A stretch of 40,289 nucleotides of DNA, taken from Sphingomonadaceae bacterium (lineage in GTDB: Bacteria; Chloroflexota; UBA6077). The translations under genes were made by a program, and so were the position numbers. Below are positions 1-9,819 of the stretch, one piece after another (the stretch's first letter is position 1; every line of letters starts with the position of its first letter). The notes below the pieces were generated by a model that saw only the letters and a program-made list of their open reading frames with translations, was not told where the DNA came from and did not search any database. The stretch is from positions 1 to 40,289 of the forward strand of contig JBLNDL010000060.1 of assembly GCA_050261575.1 (NCBI GenBank), given 5' to 3'.

Positions 1-8
1 ACGGCCCT

Positions 9-776
9 TCAGATGTTGCTCCTCGATTGCGCCCCGTCCACCACCCAGCACGCGCCGGATACGTGCGCTGCCCGCTCCGACACCAGAAACACCACCACGT
101 TCGCCACATCCTCAGGACGGCCGAAGCCCAGTGGTAGCTCCCGCCTCGCGAACTCCTCCATCGCGGCAGGATCCGCCTTCATCCGGCGATCCCACGACCC
201 CCCGGGGAAAAGGATCGACCCCGGCGCCACGCTGTTCACCCGAATCCGGAAGGGCGCAAGCTCCCGCGCCATCGACTTCGCCAGACTGATCTCTCCCGCC
301 TTCGCCAGGTTGTAGGCCGCCGTCCCACCCGCCTCCCGACCCCAGATGGAGGCGATGTGCACGATCGCACCGCCTCCCTGCCGCTGCATGTGCGGCACCA
401 CCGCCCGTGAGAAGCGTATCGCCGGAAAGAGGTTCACCGCCAGGGCCTCGCAAAACTGCTCGTCGGTCGTGTCCGTCAACTGCCCGCCCCGACTCCCCCC
501 GACGTTGTTCACCAGAACGTCCACGCGGCCGAAGCGATTCACCGCCTCCCCCACCACCCTCTCCGCCGACCCCGGTTGGGTTACGTCCGCCTGCATCGCC
601 AGCGCCTCCCCTCCCCGAGCCCTAGCCTCCTCGGCTGCCGCCAGCAGCGCCTCCTCGTGCCGGGCAACCAGCGCCACCGCGCAGCCCTCCTCCGCCAGGC
701 CGAGCGCGATGGCTCGTCCGATGCCCCGGGAGGAGCCGGTTACTATCGCCACCCTTCCCTTCAGTCCCAAATCCAT
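9..776 (-). CDS. SDR family oxidoreductase (FabG-like)
   Basis: TGSSRGIG Rossmann motif, NNVG, YNLAK catalytic YxxxK, IRVNSVAPG; ATG at 776 after a GA-rich RBS. Confidence 0.92.
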   Translation of the reverse strand: MDLGLKGRVAIVTGSSRGIGRAIALGLAEEGCAVALVARHEEALLAAAEEARARGGEALAMQADVTQPGSAERVVGEAVNRFGRVDVLVNNVGGSRGGQLTDTTDEQFCEALAVNLFPAIRFSRAVVPHMQRQGGGAIVHIASIWGREAGGTAAYNLAKAGEISLAKSMARELAPFRIRVNSVAPGSILFPGGSWDRRMKADPAAMEEFARRELPLGFGRPEDVANVVVFLVSERAAHVSGACWVVDGAQSRSNI

Positions 777-867
777 TCCCCTCACCCCCAGTCACTGCTC
801 TCATGCCGGTGAGGCGAGGCAACGGAGGAAGGCTCCCTCGACCCCCGCAGCGCGCCATCGCACGACG

Positions 868-1269
868 TTATGTCGCCCCTTCATCCCACGCCGGGGGTCC
901 ATCGCCCCCTCCCGTCCCCGCTGAGGAGCGGGAGGCGGCGCCCCGCAGATGGTAGAGCCAGGCGAAAACCTCAGCCACTACCGCGTACAACTCAGGAGGG
1001 ATGCACTCCCCCACCTCGACCTTCGACAGCGCCTCGACCAGCAGCGGGTCCTCCTTGATCGCCACTCCGTGTGCCCTGGCCAGCTCGATGATCCGCTCGG
1101 CCAGCATTCCGCCCCCCTCGGCCACCACCCTCGGCGCCGAGTCCTCGCCGGAATGGTACCGCAGCGCCACCGCACGCCTCAACGCACCCGCACCGGCGCG
1201 GCCTTCCGCGCCCTCGGGGGCATTCTCGGCACGCCGTCGTTCCCCGCTATCCATCCGATTCGTTCCCAT
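868..1269 (-). CDS. FlhB C-terminal-like / EscU-YscU family export switch protein
   Basis: AVALRY...APRVVAEG...AERIIELARAHGV...IPPELYAVVAEVFAWLY is typical of stand-alone FlhB-C proteins; lies downstream of a fliK-like gene. Confidence 0.88.
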   Translation of the reverse strand: MGTNRMDSGERRRAENAPEGAEGRAGAGALRRAVALRYHSGEDSAPRVVAEGGGMLAERIIELARAHGVAIKEDPLLVEALSKVEVGECIPPELYAVVAEVFAWLYHLRGAASRSSAGTGGGDGPPAWDEGAT

Positions 1270-1315
1270 CGCTCTCAGCCGCTCCCCACCATCCGGATGG
1301 GGCGGACTCCGTCCC

Positions 1316-2905
1316 TTACACCCGCAGGTCGACCTGCACGAGCCGCGGAGGGACCTCCACAGCCAACTCCGTCGGGTCAGGCTCCCCTGCCAGCAGCCCG
1401 AATCCGGCCGGGGCCACGCTGTACCCCAGACCCTCCAGCCCTGCCCGCAACTCGGGGAAGCCCTCTCGCAGGATCGGCAGCGCAGCCGGATCGCTCCCGG
1501 CCAGGTGGCACCTGATCTGCCTGCCGGCTATCTCCAGCCTGGCCTCTACGGTCGACAGCCGCTCAAGGTCCAGCCGCACCACCAATCGAACGCGGTCGGG
1601 GTCGATCCTCCCGCCCGCGCGGCGGTCGATCCGCAGTTCCACCGTGCCGGGGGCATCCTCCAGCGCACCGGCGATCGGCACCTGAAAGACCGCCCACTGC
1701 TCGACGGGATCGGCGGACCGTCCGGCGTTCCTCAACTGCTGAGCCTGCAAGGCGTCCGCCAGCCTGGGCGCCGAGTCGGCCAGCCGCTCCAGCGCCCGCC
1801 GAAGCTCGGCCACCGGTCCCACCGCCCCCTCCTGCATGCTCGGGGGCGCGGCCGCCACCTCTCCGGATATCTCCGCGAGTCGTCCAAGGAGAACTCGCAG
1901 GTCGCCCTCCAGCAGATCGGCGCTCGCCTTCCCCGCCACGATTCGGGCCAGGCGGTTCTCCACGCTGACACCTTGGTCCCCCAGAACCCTCCGGAGGCTC
2001 TCCACTAGTTCGGGTCGATCGGACCCGAAGGCGCCGACCACGCGCCGCGACAGATCCATCGCCGCAAGGTCCACCAGCCGCGGGATCTCCTCGCCGACCC
2101 ACTCCACCTCCGCCGTCAGCTCCTTCAGCAGGTCGGAGAGGTGCGAAAGCCCCCATCGAAGGTGGTGTAGCTGCCGTCCCAGCGAGAGGGGTGGCAGCAG
2201 CGCACGCATCACCCCCAGACTGGCCTCGGTGAGGGGCAACTCGTTCGACCGGAGGTAGGTGGCCACCTGAAAGTCGGCCTCGCTGGTCCCACCAAGCTTG
2301 GGCAGCGTCCGAGCCAACTGCTCCACGTTCTCCTTGGTGATGGGTAGCCTTCTGGCCAGCAACTGCCGTGCTGCGAATCGGTGGGGCTCGTCCGTCGGCA
2401 GATCGTACGACTGGAGCAGCTTGAGAACTACCCCCTCCGTGCTCTCCGGATCCAGTCCGGCGGAGAACCCCGGGTGCTTCTCCTGGACGAGCCGCTCCAG
2501 GTTCTCCCGAGTAACGGGGATGCCCCTGGCCAACAGCTTGCGCACCGCATCCAACTGGGACCGGTCCCCGCGCGGTCTGTAGGAGGCTGCAGGCCCCGCT
2601 CGCCGCAGTTCGCCCCCGAGCTGCCCGGCGAGCAGCCATCCCTCCCGACCAACGAGCTGCAGGAGGATCTGGTCCCGGGTCGCCTCCTTCACGGCCAGAT
2701 GGACCGCGTCCCCCACGGCAAGCTGCAGGTCGCTCAGCATCGTTGCGAGGCGGCCAGCCACCTCGACGACCACGCCCTTCGGGCCCACCTGAGCCACCCT
2801 GCCGTTGACGATCTGGCCCGGCGAGAAGGTGGGGCTCCCTACGCCGGCCTCCAGACGCGCGAAGCCGCGGGGGAGCGCACCCGTGCCTGTCGATCCGATG
2901 CCCAC
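1316..2905 (-). CDS. fliK: Flagellar hook-length control protein FliK-like
   Basis: C-terminal FliK-type domain (VRLDLERLSTVEARLEI...LRAGLEGLGY), N-terminal GQIVNGRV OB-like segment, adjacency to flhB-like gene; GTG at 2905 with GGAGG RBS chosen over the longer ORF start at 3145. Confidence 0.72.
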   Translation of the reverse strand: MGIGSTGTGALPRGFARLEAGVGSPTFSPGQIVNGRVAQVGPKGVVVEVAGRLATMLSDLQLAVGDAVHLAVKEATRDQILLQLVGREGWLLAGQLGGELRRAGPAASYRPRGDRSQLDAVRKLLARGIPVTRENLERLVQEKHPGFSAGLDPESTEGVVLKLLQSYDLPTDEPHRFAARQLLARRLPITKENVEQLARTLPKLGGTSEADFQVATYLRSNELPLTEASLGVMRALLPPLSLGRQLHHLRWGLSHLSDLLKELTAEVEWVGEEIPRLVDLAAMDLSRRVVGAFGSDRPELVESLRRVLGDQGVSVENRLARIVAGKASADLLEGDLRVLLGRLAEISGEVAAAPPSMQEGAVGPVAELRRALERLADSAPRLADALQAQQLRNAGRSADPVEQWAVFQVPIAGALEDAPGTVELRIDRRAGGRIDPDRVRLVVRLDLERLSTVEARLEIAGRQIRCHLAGSDPAALPILREGFPELRAGLEGLGYSVAPAGFGLLAGEPDPTELAVEVPPRLVQVDLRV

Positions 2906-3122
2906 CTGACGCCTCCGAGGAGATCGATTCTCGGATGCACACCTCGTGTGGAAAGGTTGCGGTCCGCCCCGTGGCACTCGCAGGCGTAAAGCCTGCGGCA
3001 ACAGACGTGGGGGCGGGCGTCCCCACCCCGGGGGCACGGGCATCTCGCCCGCCCCCGTCCCACGCAGGGGCAGAGCGGACTCCGAGTGAGGGAGGTCGCC
3101 TCCGAGAATCGTCCTACTACGA

Positions 3123-3150
3123 GTATCGGCCGGACCGACGCACAACTTGA
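3123..3150 (-). promoter_or_regulatory. Putative sigma28 (FliA/SigD) promoter for the fliK-flhB-like operon
   Basis: Minus strand TCAAG-N15-GCCGATAC resembles TAAA-N15/16-GCCGATAA. Confidence 0.6.
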
Positions 3151-3174
3151 GCCGAATGGCCCAGGCACTATAAT
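3147..3174 (+). promoter_or_regulatory. Putative sigma70 promoter for ybaK
   Basis: TTGAGC-N16-TATAAT. Confidence 0.55.
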
Positions 3175-3309
3175 TGTGTGGCCGCCCGAAACACGCCCCT
3201 CCCTCCGGAAGACTCGACGGTAGCGAGCGTGCCGCCGAGGAGCGCAGGGCGGGTGAGGGCTGGTGGACCGGCCGAGTGGTGCGGGCCGTTCAGATCGGGA
3301 GGTGGGACG

Positions 3310-3777
3310 TTGAAGGCGACCAGGGCGATGGAGATACTCGAGGCGGCGAGGGTCAGCTACGAGCTGCGAACCTTCGAGTCCGACGGCTTCACCCCCGCCA
3401 CGGAGGCCGCCGGCAAGCTGGAGATACCCCCGTCAACCATGTTCAAGACCCTCATCGCGCGGGGGGAGCGACGCGGCGTGGTGCTGGCCCTCGTGCCCGG
3501 CGACGCCACCCTCAGCCTGCGGAAGCTGGCTCAGCAGATGGGAGACAAACGCGCGGAGATGGTGGACGCATCGGAGATCACCCGCCTGACAGGCTTCGTC
3601 AAGGGCGGCGTCTCCCCGCTCGGAGGCCGGCGCGACTACCCCACCTTCCTCGATCGGTCCGCACTCGGCCACCCCCGCATCGTCGTGTCCGCCGGCATGC
3701 GGGGTCGCGTCCTCGTCCTGGCACCCGGTGACCTCGTGCGTCTCACCAACGCCACCGTGGCCGACCTGGTCGAATGA
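3310..3777 (+). CDS. ybaK: YbaK/EbsC aminoacyl-tRNA deacylase
   Basis: FKTL, TGFVKGGVSPLG and VSAGMRG motifs; TTG start with GGAGG RBS. Confidence 0.9.
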   Translation: MKATRAMEILEAARVSYELRTFESDGFTPATEAAGKLEIPPSTMFKTLIARGERRGVVLALVPGDATLSLRKLAQQMGDKRAEMVDASEITRLTGFVKGGVSPLGGRRDYPTFLDRSALGHPRIVVSAGMRGRVLVLAPGDLVRLTNATVADLVE

Positions 3778-3951
3778 CCGCAGCGAATGCAGGACGGGGG
3801 CTCGTGGAAGCCGCCTCCTCGCGACGATCCGGTCGCTCCTGGAACGCCCGCTGAGTCGATCCACGACCCCACGCGTGGATGGCCGCGACTCCAGCGCCGG
3901 ACGGTAGCCTTCCGCCTCGATCTGAGACATCTGAGGATTCGTGAGCCTCCC

Positions 3952-5244
3952 TCAGTACCGCTGCAGCGCGAGGATCGCCGCCGCCAGCGACCCCGCCAGC
4001 CCGACCCCGGCCAGGAACAGCAGCCCCGCCAGGTAACTCCCCGTCGCCCCGATGAGGAAGCCGACCGCAACCGGAGCCGTAGCCGACCCGAAGTTGGAGA
4101 GGCCGTTGTCTATGCCTATCCCCGTGGCCATGATGGGGCCGGGGACGATCCGCTGCATGATGGCGAAGTAGGCGGGAGAGCCGCCGCCCCAGAAGCCGAA
4201 GCCCAGCACCATCAGCACTGCGCACGTGGTCGGGTCCGGCGCGAGCGCCGCCAGCAGCACGCAAACGCTCGCCCCCGATAGGCCAATCGAGCACACCGCG
4301 CCACGGCTCCCGAATCGATCCGAGAGGAAGCCGAAGACCAGCCCTGTGGCGGTGGAGAACAGGTGCGGGAGCGAGGCGAACAGCACCATCTGCGCCACGT
4401 CGAAGCCTCGAGCGTCCCGCAGGTACTTGGGGAGCCAAGTGATCAGCCCGAAGTAGACGGCCAGCATCGCGAAGTGGTATCCCACAGCCAGCCAGTAGCG
4501 GTAGTTGCCCAGGAGAAGGGCGAGGTTTCGCTTGCCCTGCGCCCCTCTACCCGCCTCGCCCCGATTCCCCGCAGCGATGTGAGCCCGCTCCGCCTCTCCC
4601 ACCCACTTCGCCTTCTCCGGTCGGTCCGCTGCGAGAAACCAGACCGCTGGAAGCGCCACCAGCGCCGCCAGGGCGGCCTGGAGGAAGAAGGAGTAGCGCC
4701 ACCCGAAGACGGCGATGGTCGTGGCCAGGATCGGCACCGAAATGGCCAGGCCCACCCGCTGTCCGCTCGTCCAGATGGCGTTTGCCCCTCCCCGCTCGGA
4801 GGGTGGGAACCAGTTGCGGACGTACCGGTTGGCTATGGGGAAGAGGGGACCCTCCGCCACCCCCCGGCCGGCCCGCCCCGCGAGCAGCAGTGGATAGGAG
4901 GCGACGGCGCCCATGAGACTGCAGGCGGCCGCCCAGAAGGCGGCCATCAGCGCCAGCACCCTTCGCGGCCCAAGCAGGTCGGCGGTGGGGCTGAGGAAGA
5001 TGTTGGAGATGGCGTAGCTGACCAACAGGGCGGTCATCACCATGCCCTGCCGCTCGGGGCTCCCCTCCAGCCCCATCTCCTGCAGGAAGGTGGGGTCTGC
5101 CAGCAGCAGCGACACGTTGGTCCGGTCGAACGCCGCGAGCAACAACGCCAGCCAGAGGACGGACACAACCACGTAGCGGTAGCGCCCCACGCGGCCTCCC
5201 TTGATGCCGGTCTCCGTGTACGCCACGCCCCCGCCTTTCGCCAT
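3952..5244 (-). CDS. MFS transporter (ACS-like)
   Basis: FDRTNVS, ADLLGPRR, WFPPSERGGANAIW, about 12 hydrophobic segments; ATG at 5244 with GGAGG RBS. Confidence 0.9.
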   Translation of the reverse strand: MAKGGGVAYTETGIKGGRVGRYRYVVVSVLWLALLLAAFDRTNVSLLLADPTFLQEMGLEGSPERQGMVMTALLVSYAISNIFLSPTADLLGPRRVLALMAAFWAAACSLMGAVASYPLLLAGRAGRGVAEGPLFPIANRYVRNWFPPSERGGANAIWTSGQRVGLAISVPILATTIAVFGWRYSFFLQAALAALVALPAVWFLAADRPEKAKWVGEAERAHIAAGNRGEAGRGAQGKRNLALLLGNYRYWLAVGYHFAMLAVYFGLITWLPKYLRDARGFDVAQMVLFASLPHLFSTATGLVFGFLSDRFGSRGAVCSIGLSGASVCVLLAALAPDPTTCAVLMVLGFGFWGGGSPAYFAIMQRIVPGPIMATGIGIDNGLSNFGSATAPVAVGFLIGATGSYLAGLLFLAGVGLAGSLAAAILALQRY

Positions 5245-5399
5245 CTCGCACCCTCCACTCCCCCCTACCTGCCGCGCCGGACCACCCAGCGCCCGTTCCC
5301 CCGAGCCACGCGAAGATCGTGGCTGTGCCGGCACCCACCCACGCCGACTGGCCTGCCCGGTCCCACGTGGACCGACGGCGGGCAGGTGGGGGACGCCGA

Positions 5400-6761
5400 T
5401 CAGGGAGCCTGCTCCTCCTCCAGCGGCACCGTCCGGCGGACCACCCTGGCCTTCCACACCCGCCTTCCCCGCATGGACACCACCTCCACCACGGCGTCGG
5501 GCAGCTCCACCACGTCTCCCTCGCCGGGGATGCGGCCGAGCCGGGCATACACGAGCCCGCCGATGGTGTCCACCCCCTCCGTATCCAGGTTGAGGTCCAG
5601 CGCGCCACCCACGTCCTCCAGATCGGCGCCGCCGCTCACTATCGCCTCGCCCTCCGCCACGATCTGGATCTCGGGTTCCTCGCGGGCGTCGTACTCGTCC
5701 CGGATCGGCCCCACGATCTCCTCCAGCAGGTTGTCCAGCGTCACTATCCCAGCGGTCCCACCGTACTCGTCCACCACCACCGCAAGGTGAAGCTGCTGTC
5801 GCTGCAGATCCGGTAGCAGCTCGGCCACCCGCTTGGAGGAGGGTACGTGGTAGGTCCGCCGCATGATGCTGGTGACGGGACGATTCGCCTGCTCGGGCGT
5901 GGCCTCAGGCGGCAGCGCCTGCAGCACGTCCTTGGCGTGGACGACCCCGATGATGTTGTCCAGACTCCCGTCGTAGACGGGGAGCCGGGTGTGGCCCGTG
6001 TCAACCACCGCCTGCCGAGCCTCGGCCAGGGTGGCCTCCTTCGGAAGGGCCCGCACGTCCACCCTGGGGACCATCACCTCGGCTACGAGGGTATCGCCGA
6101 ACTCGAACACCTCGTCGATCAGCTTCCGCTCTTCCGGCTCGACTACTCCTTCCTCCTCCCCGCTGGCCACTATCGCCATGATCTCCTCCTGAGTCATGGG
6201 GCGCACCTGGGCCTGCTGGGGGTTGCCGGTGAGGCGCATCACCAGGGTGGTGCTGGCGGAGAGCAGCCACACCACTGGAGCAGCCACCCTGGAGAGAAGC
6301 TCGATGGGGCCGGCGAGCCGAAGGGCCAGCGGCTCCGCCTGCGCGATCGCCAGGTTCTTCGGGGCCAGCTCGCCCAGCACCAGCGTGACGAAGGATAGGG
6401 CCGCCGTGACGACGACGAAGGCCAGAGCGTGGGCGTTCGACGCGACTACGGGGATCGGCACCGTCGAGAGCTTGTCGCCGAGCACCACGGCGAGACTCAC
6501 CGCCCCGACCGCGGAGGCGAAGAACCCGGTCAAGGTAACCCCGACCTGGATGGTCGCCAGAAAGCGGCTGGGCTCCTCCAGCAGCCGTAGCACCGTTGCC
6601 GCCCTGGGGTCCCGCTCCTCCTCCGCCAAATGTCGTAGGCGGGACCTTCTAGCGGAGACTATCGCGATCTCGGCAGCGGCGAAGAAGGCGTTGAGCAGGA
6701 TGAGGACGAGGATGACCGCCAATTGGATGGTGATATCCTGAACTGCAGTCTCTTGCGGCAT
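5400..6761 (-). CDS. HlyC/CorC (CNNM, DUF21-CBS-CorC) family protein
   Basis: FFAAAEIAIVS, GELAPK, VMVPR, VVDEYGGTAGIVTLD, DTIGGLV. Confidence 0.93.
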   Translation of the reverse strand: MPQETAVQDITIQLAVILVLILLNAFFAAAEIAIVSARRSRLRHLAEEERDPRAATVLRLLEEPSRFLATIQVGVTLTGFFASAVGAVSLAVVLGDKLSTVPIPVVASNAHALAFVVVTAALSFVTLVLGELAPKNLAIAQAEPLALRLAGPIELLSRVAAPVVWLLSASTTLVMRLTGNPQQAQVRPMTQEEIMAIVASGEEEGVVEPEERKLIDEVFEFGDTLVAEVMVPRVDVRALPKEATLAEARQAVVDTGHTRLPVYDGSLDNIIGVVHAKDVLQALPPEATPEQANRPVTSIMRRTYHVPSSKRVAELLPDLQRQQLHLAVVVDEYGGTAGIVTLDNLLEEIVGPIRDEYDAREEPEIQIVAEGEAIVSGGADLEDVGGALDLNLDTEGVDTIGGLVYARLGRIPGEGDVVELPDAVVEVVSMRGRRVWKARVVRRTVPLEEEQAP

Positions 6762-6841
6762 CTTGTCGGGCCGCTTTCCCCTTTCGATGTTCTCCGATTA
6801 ACCCATGCCTTACCGCTAATTGTACAGCATAGGGGTGCCCC

Positions 6842-6870
6842 TTGACGCAAGCATAGCTCGGGTATACAGT
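6842..6870 (+). promoter_or_regulatory. Putative sigma70 promoter for pncB
   Basis: TTGACG-N17-TACAGT. Confidence 0.55.
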
Positions 6871-6884
6871 GCGGCAATAAGCCC

Positions 6885-6958
6885 TCAGTCATCAGCGGTC
6901 AGCCATCCGCCGTTTGAAGCAGTAATATGCTGACAGCCGACGGCTGATCGCTGGCTGA
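6885..6958. repeat. Inverted heptamer arrays (TCAGCNN)n / (GCTGANN)n forming a hairpin
   Basis: TCAGTCA TCAGCGG TCAGCCA ... GCTGACA GCCGACG GCTGATC GCTGGCT. Confidence 0.55.
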
Positions 6959-6978
6959 TTCCAATTGGAGGCGACATC

Positions 6979-8394
6979 TTGGATCACGTTTTCCTGGGAG
7001 CGCACCCAGGGTTGATGACCGATCTTTACCACCCGGACGCCGCCTACGTGAGCTGGCGGACGGGCAGGAACGGCCTCACCACCTTCGATCTGTACGCCCG
7101 AACGGCCCCCTTCGCCGGCGCATACATGCTGGTCGCCGGTCTGGAGATGGCCCTGGAGTTCGTCAAGTCCTTCTGCTACACCGATGAGGACCTGCGCTAC
7201 CTCGGCCAGATCAGGGACTACGACCCCGAGTACCTGGAGCATCTGCGCAACCTCCGCTTCACTGGCGAGATCCTGGCGATGCCGGAGGGGTCCATCGCCT
7301 TCCCCAACGAGCCGCTGCTGCGGGTGACGGCCCCCTTCCAGGAGGCGTTGCTCCTCGAGTCGGGACTGCTGCACCTGGTGAGCCTCTCCACCCTGATCGC
7401 CACGAAGACGGCCAGGGTGGTTCACGCCGCGCAGGGGCGCCCGGTCTCGGACTTCGCGCTGCGCAGGGCGCAATCGCCCTACGTGGTGACCAGGTCCGCC
7501 TTCATCGGCGGCTGCGCCAGCACTTCCTTCCTCGCCGCAGCCTACGAGTTCCGGCTGCGGGCCACCGGAACCATCCCCCACGCCCTGGTGCAGCTCTACG
7601 ACAGCGAGCGCGAGGCATTCGCCGCCGTGGCGGAAAGCTTCAACCGCTACACCCTCCTGCTCGACACCTACAACGTCCAGGAGGCCATCCACACGGCGGT
7701 GGAGGTGGCCAGGGAGTACCAGCACAAGTTGGGACACACCCTGACGGCCGTTCGCCTGGACAGTGGCAACCTGCTGGAGAGCTCCATCTACGTCCGCAAG
7801 GTGCTGGACGATGCCCACATGCCGGAGGTTCGCGTCCTGGCCAGCGGCGACCTGGACGAGTTCCGGATCGCCGAGTTGGTGGCCCAGGGCGCTCCGATCG
7901 ACGGCTTCGGTGTGGGCACCAGCATCGGGGTTGGGGCCGGCTCGATCGAGCACAAGGCCCCGGGGGGCGCCCTGGGGGCGGTCTACAAGATGGTGTGGTA
8001 CGAGGACGAGGAGTCGGCCGACCGCCCCAAGATCAAGCTGGCGGGGGAGAAGAGCACCTGGCCGGGGAAGAAGGAGGTGTACCGCATCGGCCGGTTCGAG
8101 CGGGACATCATCCAACTGGAGAGCGAGAAGCCGCCCGCAGGAGGCACCCGTCTCCTGAAGCCGGTCATCCAGAACGGACAGATCCTGCCCGGGGCCGTGC
8201 CTCCCCTCTCGGAGATCTGGGAGCTGGCCCAGCGCAACCTCATGCAACTGCCCGCCGAGTACCACGCCCTGATCGCCGAGAAGCCGTACCCGGTGGAGCG
8301 CAGCCAGGAGTTGCAGGCGCTGAGACAGAAGGCGATGACGCGCTACGGAACCGAGATACCGGCAGAGAACGGCGGCGAGAGCTTGATAGGGTAA
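6979..8394 (+). CDS. pncB: Nicotinate phosphoribosyltransferase
   Basis: LMTDLY, DFALRRA, GTIPH (phospho-His site), LLDTY, VRLDSG, ASGDLDE, FGVGT, VYKMV; TTG start with GGAGG RBS. Confidence 0.93.
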   Translation: MDHVFLGAHPGLMTDLYHPDAAYVSWRTGRNGLTTFDLYARTAPFAGAYMLVAGLEMALEFVKSFCYTDEDLRYLGQIRDYDPEYLEHLRNLRFTGEILAMPEGSIAFPNEPLLRVTAPFQEALLLESGLLHLVSLSTLIATKTARVVHAAQGRPVSDFALRRAQSPYVVTRSAFIGGCASTSFLAAAYEFRLRATGTIPHALVQLYDSEREAFAAVAESFNRYTLLLDTYNVQEAIHTAVEVAREYQHKLGHTLTAVRLDSGNLLESSIYVRKVLDDAHMPEVRVLASGDLDEFRIAELVAQGAPIDGFGVGTSIGVGAGSIEHKAPGGALGAVYKMVWYEDEESADRPKIKLAGEKSTWPGKKEVYRIGRFERDIIQLESEKPPAGGTRLLKPVIQNGQILPGAVPPLSEIWELAQRNLMQLPAEYHALIAEKPYPVERSQELQALRQKAMTRYGTEIPAENGGESLIG

Positions 8395-8529
8395 CGTTGA
8401 GCCGCCACACGCTGGACGCGCGGGCGGACACGGCCGTCCGCCCGCGCTCCATGCCCGCTCATCACGGCCCCTCGTCCCCCCGGCCCGGTACCGACGTGGG
8501 TCGGGGCGCCGAGGCTGGCTCTGGGCGCG

Positions 8530-9774
8530 CTAGGCCCGCGCCACCTTCCGCCTTGCCGCAGGCCCAACCTCCGGGGCGAACAGCCCGAACAGCAGGCAGC
8601 TCACCAGGAAGAGCCCGCTCGTGAAAAACAGGGAGGTCTCGCTGCCCGAGACGTCCGCCATCCACCCCAGCAGCATGGGCCCCACCACGTAGCCGAAGTC
8701 GGCGATCATCCGATAGCTGCTCATGGTTACAGCGTTCATGCCGGGAGGCGCCATATCGGCCGCGTAGGCCGCAGGGGCGGGCCCGCCTATGCCCCCGGCG
8801 ATCCCCCAGAAGGCCGCGCTCGCCAGGAGCCAGCCGTAACCCGGCGCGAGGGCGAAGGCGGCCATGGACAGGCCAGACAGGAGGGTGGATGGCACGATCA
8901 CCGTCTTGCGACCGTACCTGTCCACCAACTGCCCTGAGAAGTACACCATGGCCAGGTTGGACAGGCTCACCACAGTCAGCGCCACCCCCACCTGATCGGG
9001 ACTCAGCCCCAGCTTCGCAGCCCCCAGGATGGGAACCACGGCGAACACCGCTCCCGTACGCGCAAAGAACTGCGTGAAGGTCACCAGGGAGACCAGCAGG
9101 AAGCCCACCTGAGAGAGGAGCGACCGAAGCTGAACGAGGAATGGCAGCGAAGCCTGCGTCAGGGCCCGAGGGTCGACCGCTTCCCTCCGCTCCCTCATCC
9201 CCTTGGTCTCGGGCACCTTGTCGAAGGCGACCACCGCCGCCAGGATGCCTAAGGCCGCGAAGACGAAGAAGGGCACGTGGAGATCGAAGCGCTCCGCCAG
9301 CAACCCGCCCGGCAGGGGACCGATGCCGACGGCGAAGAGAAACGCCCCCTGGTAAACCGACATGGTCCGACCCCTGTTCGCCTTCGTGCTCAGATCCGCC
9401 AGGCACACCTGTCCGAGGGTCACCACCATGGCGGCGCCGATCCCGGACACGAAGCGAAACGCCAGAAACTGCTCGTAGGAGCCGGAGATGCCGCACAGTA
9501 GGTTGCCCAGGGCGGTCACCAACTCCCCCAGCACGAGGGTCCAACGGCGTCCTATCCTGTCCGCCAGGTGTCCGGCAGGCAGGTTCGTAAGGAATCGGGC
9601 AAGGCCGTACACGCCGATGGTCAGGCCTATGGCCGACTGAGAGACGCCGAAGCTCTGGGCGTAGAGGGGAACCACGGGGACGATGCTACCGAACCCCAAC
9701 TGGTTCACCGCCACCACGACGGTGAGCCAAACCAGGGCCTTGTTGTCGCGATAGAGATTGCCGATACGAACCAT
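8530..9774 (-). CDS. MFS transporter (DHA1-like)
   Basis: GHLADRIGRR and GQLVDRYGRK motif A copies, about 12 TM segments. Confidence 0.9.
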   Translation of the reverse strand: MVRIGNLYRDNKALVWLTVVVAVNQLGFGSIVPVVPLYAQSFGVSQSAIGLTIGVYGLARFLTNLPAGHLADRIGRRWTLVLGELVTALGNLLCGISGSYEQFLAFRFVSGIGAAMVVTLGQVCLADLSTKANRGRTMSVYQGAFLFAVGIGPLPGGLLAERFDLHVPFFVFAALGILAAVVAFDKVPETKGMRERREAVDPRALTQASLPFLVQLRSLLSQVGFLLVSLVTFTQFFARTGAVFAVVPILGAAKLGLSPDQVGVALTVVSLSNLAMVYFSGQLVDRYGRKTVIVPSTLLSGLSMAAFALAPGYGWLLASAAFWGIAGGIGGPAPAAYAADMAPPGMNAVTMSSYRMIADFGYVVGPMLLGWMADVSGSETSLFFTSGLFLVSCLLFGLFAPEVGPAARRKVARA

Positions 9775-9819
9775 GAAGAAACCACCCAGCAATAGCCGGC
9801 AGAGAGCCGAACCGGACCC

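Noticed and set aside
6979..8394. pncB as part of a phage NAD-reconstitution pathway with the ARH and macrodomain
   Set aside because: It lies 14 kb outside att among host genes with host-like composition; no Adps/Namat or NMNAT partner visible
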